64,000 nucleotides of DNA from Eubacteriales bacterium (GTDB lineage Bacteria; Bacillota; Clostridia; Oscillospirales; CAG-272), in assembly GCA_045533505.1 (NCBI GenBank), contig JAZSHY010000024.1:72695-136694 (forward strand). Direction: 5' to 3'. Below, one piece after another: positions 57,021 through 64,000 of this stretch. A program made the position numbers and the translations under genes. The number at the start of each line of letters is the position of its first letter. Within the stretch, counting starts at the first letter, position 1. Under the pieces are notes generated by a model, which had not been told where the DNA came from, did no database searches, and was given only the letters and a program-made list of their open reading frames with translations.

Positions 57021-57728
57021 ATGACATACGATTCTTCTATTCATGCTCTCGAAGAAAAGATGGGTTACCGCTTTCAACGCAAGGAGCTTTTGTTCACAGC
57101 TTTGACGCATGCCTCGTACTCCAATGAAAAGGGAGCCGAGTCGTACGAGCGTCTTGAGTTTTTGGGAGATGCGGTGCTTCAAATCATTGTGAGCCGATAT
57201 CTTTATGAGCGTTTTTCCGGTGTGCCCGAGGGGCTTTTGACAAAATATCGCCAATACCTTGTTTGTGAAACGACACTCGCAAAAATAGCGACAGCGCTTT
57301 CTCTAGGCGATTGCCTGAGATTGGGAAAGGGTGAATCGGCTGGAAACGGACGTTCACGCCCCTCCATACTGGCCGATGTGGTGGAATCCGTTCTTGCTGC
57401 CGTGTATCTTGAAGGTGGTATGGGTGAGGCCGAGCGGGTTCTTCTTTCGCTCATGCGCGAGGAGCTGGATAACTGCGTGCAAAATCGTGACGGCGACTAT
57501 AAAACACGCTTGCAACAGCTTGTGGAGCAGGACGGCACCGAGAGTCTTGAGTATGTGGTTGTTTTGCGAACAGGCCCCGATCATGCACCGGAGTACTCTA
57601 TAGAGGCAAGAATTAACAGCAATTGCGTCGGAGTTGGCAAAGGACGGTCCAAGCATGAGGCCGAGCAGGCCGCCGCGCGGGAAGCGCTTCGTCTTTTCGG
57701 AATTTTAGACGTCAAAAAGGAGGGATAA
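57021..57728 (+). CDS. rnc: ribonuclease III
   Basis: RNase III signature ERLEFLGDAV and a C-terminal dsRBD (GRSKHEAEQAAA). Confidence 0.9.
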   Translation: MTYDSSIHALEEKMGYRFQRKELLFTALTHASYSNEKGAESYERLEFLGDAVLQIIVSRYLYERFSGVPEGLLTKYRQYLVCETTLAKIATALSLGDCLRLGKGESAGNGRSRPSILADVVESVLAAVYLEGGMGEAERVLLSLMREELDNCVQNRDGDYKTRLQQLVEQDGTESLEYVVVLRTGPDHAPEYSIEARINSNCVGVGKGRSKHEAEQAAAREALRLFGILDVKKEG

Positions 57729-57733
57729 GGACA

Positions 57734-60700
57734 ATGTATCTGAAATCATTGGAGCTTCATGGCTTCAAATCCTTCCCCAACCGTACCGTACTTACCTTTG
57801 AGCGTGGTACTACGGTTATTGTCGGACCGAATGGAAGCGGAAAGTCGAACATTTCCGATGCTATGCGCTGGGTTCTTGGCGAACTTTCCAGCCGCAACAT
57901 CCGCGGCACACGTATGGAGGATGTTATTTTTGGCGGAACCGATGAGCGGCGGCCCATGGGATATGCCGAGGTTTCCGTCACCTTCGATAACACTGACAAG
58001 AGCCAGAGAATAGAGTCTCCTTATGACGAGATTAAGGTGACACGTCGTTACTACCGTACGGGAGACAGTGAATATTTAATCAACGGTCAGCAGAAACGTC
58101 TCCGCGATATAACCGAGCTCTTTATGAACACTGGCATAGGTCGCGAAGGATATTCTATAGTAGGCCAAGGTCGCGTTGCCGAGCTACTCTCCAAAAAAAG
58201 CGAGGATAGGCGTAATGTCTTTGAGGAAGCGGCGGGAATTGCCAAATTCCGTCACAGAAAAGAGGATGCCGAAAAACGCCGTCGTGACACCTTTGCCAAT
58301 ATGGAGCGTGTTACCGACATCTTTGATGAGCTGGAAAAAAGAATTGCTCCTTTGACAAGAGATGCCGAAAAAGCAAAGAAGTACATGGAGCTTCGTGACC
58401 GTAAAAAAGTGGCAGACGTTTCTTTGTGGCTTTACGATACTGCCAAGATTCGTGCCGACCTTGCCAAGGCACGTGATACATTTGCGCTTGCTCAGCATGA
58501 GTTGAAAATGCTTGAGGATTCCATTGGTTCACTTCGCTCTCAGGATGAACGGCTCTTTGCACAGATGGAAAGCGGGCGCCTTGCCTCCGAGCAGCTTCTT
58601 TCTAAAATTAACGAATGCCGTACCCGTATTCATATGCTTGAAAATGAAATTTCGGTTCTTGAAACCGAAATCAAGCATAAAACCGACCTCATCGGTGGAG
58701 CGAAGGAGCGAGGTGCAGAGCTTGAACGCTCGATTGTGACCCATTCCGAGGAGGTGGCCTCCTATGACAAGAAAATAGCCGAGCTGCAGGGGGAGCTCCG
58801 TCTCCTTTCGGATGAGCGCCTCGGTATTCTTGCCGATGCCGATAAAATAGGGCGTTCTGTTCAGCGAATTGAGAAGGACTTGGAGGCCTCGCTCTCTGCA
58901 CTTGAAAGACAACAAAACACGGCACTTGATTACAAGGTGAATATGGACGTTCTCGCTCGCTCTCGAGGGGAGGATGGGAACCGTGAGGAAGCCTTGCGCA
59001 AAGCTGTAGAGGAGTTGGAGGCATTCGGAAAACGCCTTTCCGATGAGGTAGAGCAGTGTGAAAGGAATACCGAAGGCTATGCCCTTCGTATCAAGGAGAT
59101 TGCCGATACTGTTGCTGCGTGCGACAAAGCGATAGAGGGCTGCCGTGCCGATCGCGAATCCTTGTCGGAGGAGAGCGGAAGGCTTCGTGCCGACAAGGCC
59201 GCTCTTGAGCAAGAGGTCAATACCCTGCGCCGTATGGAGGAGCATTTCGAGGGGTATGGTGAGTCTGTGCGTTTTGTTATGCGCGCAGCTTCGGAGGGAA
59301 AGCTTTCCGGTATTCACGGTCCTGTTTCACAAATTATTGAGGTGAAGTCCGAATATGTGACAGCTATCGAAACCTCGTTGGGAGCCAATCTTCAGCACAT
59401 AGTGGTAGAGGATGAGGAAGATACTAAGGAAGCCATTCGCCTTTTGAAAAAGAATCATGCGGGGCGTGCCACCTTTTATCCCATCAGCACCATTCGCCCG
59501 GGAAATGAGCCGGAGGAAATTCGCGCCGCTTCTAAGTTCCGCGGCTACATTAACCGTGCAGACCGCCTTGTGAAACGCGAGTCAAAATATGACGATATTG
59601 TAGAATGGTTGCTTTCCCGCACCGTGATTTTCGATACCCTCGATAATGCTACCGAATGTGCACGTGACCTTCGCTATCGCCTTAAAATCGTCACCCTCGA
59701 CGGTCAAATCATCAATGCGGGTGGCTCCTATACGGGCGGCTCACTTCGCGAAGGGAAGGGGAGCGGAATTCTCTCTCGCTCGTCGGATATTGATAAGAAG
59801 CAAGAGGAGGCCAAGCATATCGCGGAGGCCATACTGGCGCTTGCTCGTCAGATTTCGGACAAGGAAGACGAAATCGCAAGACATGAGAAAACAAAAAAGG
59901 AAGCTGCACAGGAGGAGTCTATCCTCCGCTCACTTGAAAACACTCAGCTGAAAACTCTTGAGGGAGCAAGGGCACGCTATACGGCAAATCGCGAAAAGCT
60001 GGAGGAGATGTGCGCTGAGCTGGATAATCTCGCCAGCAAGGAGACGCAAATTGAAGCTGAGCTTGCGAAGATTGCCCGTTCTCTTGAAACGGTAAATAAG
60101 CAAATTTCTGCGGAACGTGAACGACGCGCTGAGCAGGATCTTGAGCGTAATCGACTCCTGGAGGAAAGAACTGCTACTCTTGCAGAGGCGAATGCTGTGG
60201 CTTTGCGCGAGGCGGAGCTCGGGAAGGATGTTGAGATGCATGTCCGTTTGCGTGACAGCCTTCGTGAGCGCCTTGAATCACTTCGTGCCGAGAAGGCAAC
60301 CGCAGGCAGAAGTGCGGCAGAACAGGAAGCCACGATTGTCGAAATGCAACGCCGTCAGGCCGAAAATCACCGTGAAGCGGAAGCGGCGAGGGAAGAGCTT
60401 GAACGCCTCAATGTGCAGCGCGGTGAGACCGAGAACAATGTTACTGCCTTTAATACCCGCCTGGCAGAGGTGCGTGAGCAGCTGAACGCCAAGCAGGCGC
60501 AAAAGGATGTGGCGGCTACGGCTTCCTATAAGGCAGAAACCGTTCTTCACAGTATGGAGGAACGGCAGGAGAGGCTTGCCAGAAGCCTCTATGACGATTA
60601 TGAAATCACATATGAGGCTGCCGTTGCTTTGCAATATCCTCCCGTTACCCAAGAAAACAGGGCAACCGTGCTGTCCGAGCAAGCAAAATGCCGCGATGAA

Positions 60701-61348
60701 ATGCGGAGCTTAGGCCCGGTCAACATCGGCGCTATTGAGGAATATCGAGAGGTCAAGGAGCGATATGACGAAATGGCAGCACAGGTAATAGACCTGAGAG
60801 AATCCTACGATAAGCTGACCGAAATCATAGAGGGGCTTGAAGAGGAAATGAAGCTCCAGTTCGTTACGGCGTTTCAGGCAATCAATGATAATTTTGGGCA
60901 GGTGTTTTCCGAGCTTTTTGGCGGCGGACAAGCAGAATTGATTCTTTCCGACCCAGAGGACGTGCTTAACTGCGGCATTGATATCAAGGCTGCCCCTCCC
61001 GGCAAAATCATCAAGAATCTCTCGCTGCTTTCGGGCGGTGAGCAGGCCTTTGTTGCGATTGCCCTTTTCTTCGCCATTCTGAAGGTAAATCCCACGCCCT
61101 TCTGCATCTTTGACGAAATCGAAGCGGCCCTGGATGCCGTAAACGTTTTCCGCTTTGGCGAATACATCAAAAAAATGTGTGATGAAACGCAGTTTATCCT
61201 TATTTCGCACCGTCCCGGCACAATGGAGATTGCCGAAAGACTTTACGGAGTGACGATGCAGGAAAGAGGAGTCTCTCGCGTTTTGCCGATGAGTCCGAAC
61301 GACATGGAGCAAATGAAGAAGGAGCTGCAAGAAGATGGGGTTCTTTGA
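57734..61348 (+). CDS. smc: chromosome segregation protein SMC
   Basis: 1204 aa. Walker A GPNGSGKSN, long coiled coils, a hinge, the signature LSGGE, and Walker B FCIFDEIEAALD. Confidence 0.95.
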   Translation: MYLKSLELHGFKSFPNRTVLTFERGTTVIVGPNGSGKSNISDAMRWVLGELSSRNIRGTRMEDVIFGGTDERRPMGYAEVSVTFDNTDKSQRIESPYDEIKVTRRYYRTGDSEYLINGQQKRLRDITELFMNTGIGREGYSIVGQGRVAELLSKKSEDRRNVFEEAAGIAKFRHRKEDAEKRRRDTFANMERVTDIFDELEKRIAPLTRDAEKAKKYMELRDRKKVADVSLWLYDTAKIRADLAKARDTFALAQHELKMLEDSIGSLRSQDERLFAQMESGRLASEQLLSKINECRTRIHMLENEISVLETEIKHKTDLIGGAKERGAELERSIVTHSEEVASYDKKIAELQGELRLLSDERLGILADADKIGRSVQRIEKDLEASLSALERQQNTALDYKVNMDVLARSRGEDGNREEALRKAVEELEAFGKRLSDEVEQCERNTEGYALRIKEIADTVAACDKAIEGCRADRESLSEESGRLRADKAALEQEVNTLRRMEEHFEGYGESVRFVMRAASEGKLSGIHGPVSQIIEVKSEYVTAIETSLGANLQHIVVEDEEDTKEAIRLLKKNHAGRATFYPISTIRPGNEPEEIRAASKFRGYINRADRLVKRESKYDDIVEWLLSRTVIFDTLDNATECARDLRYRLKIVTLDGQIINAGGSYTGGSLREGKGSGILSRSSDIDKKQEEAKHIAEAILALARQISDKEDEIARHEKTKKEAAQEESILRSLENTQLKTLEGARARYTANREKLEEMCAELDNLASKETQIEAELAKIARSLETVNKQISAERERRAEQDLERNRLLEERTATLAEANAVALREAELGKDVEMHVRLRDSLRERLESLRAEKATAGRSAAEQEATIVEMQRRQAENHREAEAAREELERLNVQRGETENNVTAFNTRLAEVREQLNAKQAQKDVAATASYKAETVLHSMEERQERLARSLYDDYEITYEAAVALQYPPVTQENRATVLSEQAKCRDEMRSLGPVNIGAIEEYREVKERYDEMAAQVIDLRESYDKLTEIIEGLEEEMKLQFVTAFQAINDNFGQVFSELFGGGQAELILSDPEDVLNCGIDIKAAPPGKIIKNLSLLSGGEQAFVAIALFFAILKVNPTPFCIFDEIEAALDAVNVFRFGEYIKKMCDETQFILISHRPGTMEIAERLYGVTMQERGVSRVLPMSPNDMEQMKKELQEDGVL

Positions 61349-62249
61349 GAAACTCAAGGCGGGACTTCGCCTTACAAAATCCGCCCTTTTTGGTACGGTG
61401 GAACAAATCTTCCGCGCCTTTGTCCGTGTGGATGAGGAGCTTTTTGAGGAGTTGGAGGAGGCTCTTATTATGGCGGATGTCGGGGTGGAAATTACCGAAT
61501 ATATTCTTGACACCTTGCGTGAAACCGTGAAGGACAAGCACCTCACCGAGCCATCTGATGTAAAGAGGGAGCTTTATGATATTCTAGCCGGTATGATTGG
61601 AGAAAATGACGGTCTCCACCTTGACACCTCCCCTTCGGTAATTCTGGTAATCGGCGTCAACGGTGTCGGAAAAACCACATCAATCGGGAAAATGGCCGCC
61701 GAGCTTAAACGTCAGGGCAAGCGCGTTGTAGTCGCGGCGGCAGACACCTACCGCGCCGCGGCAGCCGAGCAGTTAAAGATATGGTGCGACAGAGCCGGGG
61801 TGGATATGATTCGCCAGGATGCTGGGGCAGATCCTGCGGCTGTTGTATATGACGCCATCGGTGCCTCGGTTAGCCGCCGCGCGGATGTTTTGCTTGTTGA
61901 TACGGCAGGTCGCCTTCACAACAAGAAAAATCTTATGGAGGAGCTTGCCAAAATTCACCGTGTCATTCACCGTCAGCTGCCGGAGGCTTCCTGTGAAACT
62001 CTGCTTGTCCTTGATGCGACCACAGGGCAGAATGCGGTGAATCAAGCCAAAGAGTTTTTGTCGGTTGCCGATATCACGGGTATTGTTCTGACGAAGCTTG
62101 ACGGTACCGCTAAGGGCGGCATTGTCTTTTCTATTCGACGGGAGCTTGGTATCCCCGTGAAATTTATCGGAGTCGGTGAGGGGATTGAGGACATGCGCCC
62201 CTTTGATGGTGCTGAATTTACGGCGGCCATGTTTGAGGAGGAAAAATGA
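61335..62249 (+). CDS. ftsY: SRP receptor FtsY
   Basis: MGFFEKLK N-terminus and NG domain motifs [14 protein letters not shown] and TKLD. Confidence 0.9.
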   Translation: MGFFEKLKAGLRLTKSALFGTVEQIFRAFVRVDEELFEELEEALIMADVGVEITEYILDTLRETVKDKHLTEPSDVKRELYDILAGMIGENDGLHLDTSPSVILVIGVNGVGKTTSIGKMAAELKRQGKRVVVAAADTYRAAAAEQLKIWCDRAGVDMIRQDAGADPAAVVYDAIGASVSRRADVLLVDTAGRLHNKKNLMEELAKIHRVIHRQLPEASCETLLVLDATTGQNAVNQAKEFLSVADITGIVLTKLDGTAKGGIVFSIRRELGIPVKFIGVGEGIEDMRPFDGAEFTAAMFEEEK

Positions 62250-62863
62250 AGGCTGTTTTATCTTCACGGAACAAGAAGAAAATTGCGGAAATGCAACGGA
62301 TGCTCAACGAGCAAATCCCCTCTCTTACCCTTTTTTCGCTTGACGATGTGGGAATTTCGGGAGAAGCGGAGGAGACGGGAGCAACCTTTGAAGAAAATGC
62401 TCTTATAAAGGCGCAGTTTGCGCGTAAGGACGGGTACTATGTGTTTGCGGACGATTCCGGCCTTGAGGTGGATGCTCTGAATGGTCGCCCCGGTGTTTAT
62501 TCGGCACGTTATGCGGGTGAGCCATGCAATGATGAAAGGAACAATTGCTTGTTGTTGGAGGAGCTTTCGCACATTCCAAAAGAAAAACGCACAGGGCGGT
62601 ATGTTTCGGTTATTGTGTGTGTGACGCCTTCGGGAGAGGTCCTCACCGCGCGGGGTACCTGCGAGGGGGAAATTCTTTTTTCTCCGCGTGGCTCTGGCGG
62701 CTTTGGCTACGACCCTCTTTTTTACGTACCAAAGCTCTGCAAGACATTTGCTGAGGTTACACCAGAGGAAAAGGATGCCATCAGCCACAGAGGGAATGCT
62801 ATGCGCGCCTTCTTGCAACTTTATGCCAATCACTTTGAGGAGGTTGCCGATGATAACCAGTAA
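62246..62863 (+). CDS. rdgB: XTP/dITP diphosphatase (RdgB/HAM1 family)
   Basis: SRNKKKIAE, FADDSGLEVDALNGRPGVYSARY, and GFGYDP motifs. Confidence 0.85.
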   Translation: MKAVLSSRNKKKIAEMQRMLNEQIPSLTLFSLDDVGISGEAEETGATFEENALIKAQFARKDGYYVFADDSGLEVDALNGRPGVYSARYAGEPCNDERNNCLLLEELSHIPKEKRTGRYVSVIVCVTPSGEVLTARGTCEGEILFSPRGSGGFGYDPLFYVPKLCKTFAEVTPEEKDAISHRGNAMRAFLQLYANHFEEVADDNQ

Positions 62864-63140
62864 GCAACGTGCCTATCTGCGCTCACTTGCCACAGCACTT
62901 AGCCCCATTTTTCAAATCGGCAAGGGCGGTATTTGTGACGAGCTGTGCCTTCAGCTCGATAATGCTCTGCGTGCACGAGAGCTGATTAAGATTCATGTTC
63001 TCGAAAACTGTCCCCACACGGCAAAGGAAGCTGCCGATGAGCTATCCCGCCGACTTCGCGCCGATGTTGTTGCGGTTTTGGGTTCAAAGCTTGTTTTGTA
63101 TAAGCCATCGGACGAAAAACAACAGATAGAATTGCCATGA
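62850..63140 (+). CDS. yhbY: ribosome assembly RNA-binding protein YhbY (CRM domain)
   Basis: 96 aa, LTSKQRAYLRSLA...IFQIGKGG...ELIK pattern. ATG 62850 overlaps the rdgB end. Confidence 0.8.
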   Translation: MITSKQRAYLRSLATALSPIFQIGKGGICDELCLQLDNALRARELIKIHVLENCPHTAKEAADELSRRLRADVVAVLGSKLVLYKPSDEKQQIELP

Positions 63141-63751
63141 AAAGAGAAACGGTTCTTGGCATATACGGAGGCACATTTTCGCCGCCGCATTGTGGTCACA
63201 TTCGGGCAGCCGAAGCTTTTTTTAGCAAAGTAAAGCCTGAGCGATTTCTTATTATTCCTTCCTATATTCCGCCGCATAAGGAGCCTGTGCGCGGAGCCGA
63301 TTCAGAAGCGCGCCTCGCAATGTGCCGTCTGGCCTTCTCGCATATTCCGCAAGTTGAAATTTCGGATATTGAACTGCTTCGTGAGGGAAAAAGTTATACG
63401 GTAGACACCCTGCGTGCTCTTGACCGCGCGGGTCAGACGATAAAAATGCTTGTGGGGACGGACATGTTCCTCACGCTTCCCACCTGGCATGAAGCGAGAG
63501 AGGTCTTTGCGCGCACCGAGATTTTTGTGGTAGACCGTGGCGGTGCTCCTGAAAATACCGAAAGAATTCTTGAAGTGAGCGAGGAATATCGCGTCCGCTA
63601 CGGTGCCCGCATTTGCGTTTTGGATATTGGTGTGACTGAAATTTCATCAACCGAATTACGCAAAAAGATTGCGGGGGGGCAGGATGTGAAGGCATATCTC
63701 ACGCGTGAAGTGGAGGAGTACATAAAAAAATGGCATCTGTATCAGGATTGA
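63137..63751 (+). CDS. nadD: nicotinate-nucleotide adenylyltransferase
   Basis: GGTFSPPHCGH nucleotidyltransferase motif and a C-terminal ISSTELR. 204 aa. Confidence 0.85.
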   Translation: MKRETVLGIYGGTFSPPHCGHIRAAEAFFSKVKPERFLIIPSYIPPHKEPVRGADSEARLAMCRLAFSHIPQVEISDIELLREGKSYTVDTLRALDRAGQTIKMLVGTDMFLTLPTWHEAREVFARTEIFVVDRGGAPENTERILEVSEEYRVRYGARICVLDIGVTEISSTELRKKIAGGQDVKAYLTREVEEYIKKWHLYQD

Positions 63752-64000
63752 CACAAGAAAGATTTTTGAAGCTTCGGTGCGCGATTTCAGGGCGCATGGG
63801 AAGCCGCAGATATTCGCATACTCTCGGCGTTGAAGAGGCTATCATTGAGCTTGGCGAGCGATATCTCCCGGGTGAAATACCACGCCTTAGGGTAGCCGCC
63901 CTTTTGCATGACATAACAAAGGAGTGGACAGGGGAAGAGCAGCTTGCTTTCTGCGAAAAGCACAATATTCCTGTGACAAAAGAAGAAATCGCAGTGCCAA
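63730..64000 (+). CDS. yqeK: HD-domain protein YqeK (bis(5'-nucleosyl)-tetraphosphatase), N-terminal part; runs off the window
   Basis: The frame-1 ORF from ATG 63730 is open to the window end: MASVSGLTQERF...RYSHTLGVEEA...AALLHDITKE (HD motif). Sits in nadD-yqeK synteny. Confidence 0.7.
   Translation, partial: MASVSGLTQERFLKLRCAISGRMGSRRYSHTLGVEEAIIELGERYLPGEIPRLRVAALLHDITKEWTGEEQLAFCEKHNIPVTKEEIAVP

Noticed and set aside
1-64000. A scan for CRISPR arrays, tRNA/rRNA genes, integrases, transposases and reverse transcriptases.
   Set aside because: I could see no regularly spaced repeats, no cloverleaf-type sequences apart from the tmRNA tRNA-like domain, and no recombinase or RT motifs in any track ORF.

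Overview
This window is mostly core chromosome from a spore-forming Firmicute that looks Clostridia-class. That guess rests on the gene set: sigK, spo0A, spoIIR, yqfC/yqfD, ytfJ, glnS and GTP-type PEPCK. I support about 66 protein-coding genes. They include a glycogen cluster (glgA-glgP-GH13), glnS, nadE, fba, dnaX-ybaB-recR, and the phoH-ybeY-era-recO-mutS2 block. Also present are smpB, pyk, scpA/scpB, lon-engB, infC-rpmI-rplT, dprA-topA-trmFO, plsX-rnc-smc-ftsY and rdgB-yhbY-nadD-yqeK. There are two structured RNAs, SRP RNA upstream of dnaX and tmRNA after smpB, plus several near-consensus sigma-A promoters and hairpin terminators. I found no CRISPR array, no tRNA or rRNA genes, and no intact mobile element. 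Three spots look accessory. (1) A protein at 34106-35110 (minus strand) fuses a TIR domain to an XylR_N/V4R-type small-molecule sensor module. It has its own promoter and lies 21 nt upstream of an asparaginase-family gene. This is my best candidate for an undescribed ligand-gated NAD-consuming or defence-type switch. (2) An orphan MazF/EndoA-type toxin gene has a C-terminal extension and no room for an adjacent antitoxin. (3) A decayed stretch of about 560 bp lies next to the tmRNA 3' end. It holds a helicase C-terminal gene fragment and an 11-nt repeat triad, consistent with a remnant of an integrated element. All domain calls come from motif recognition by eye and need HMM or structure confirmation.
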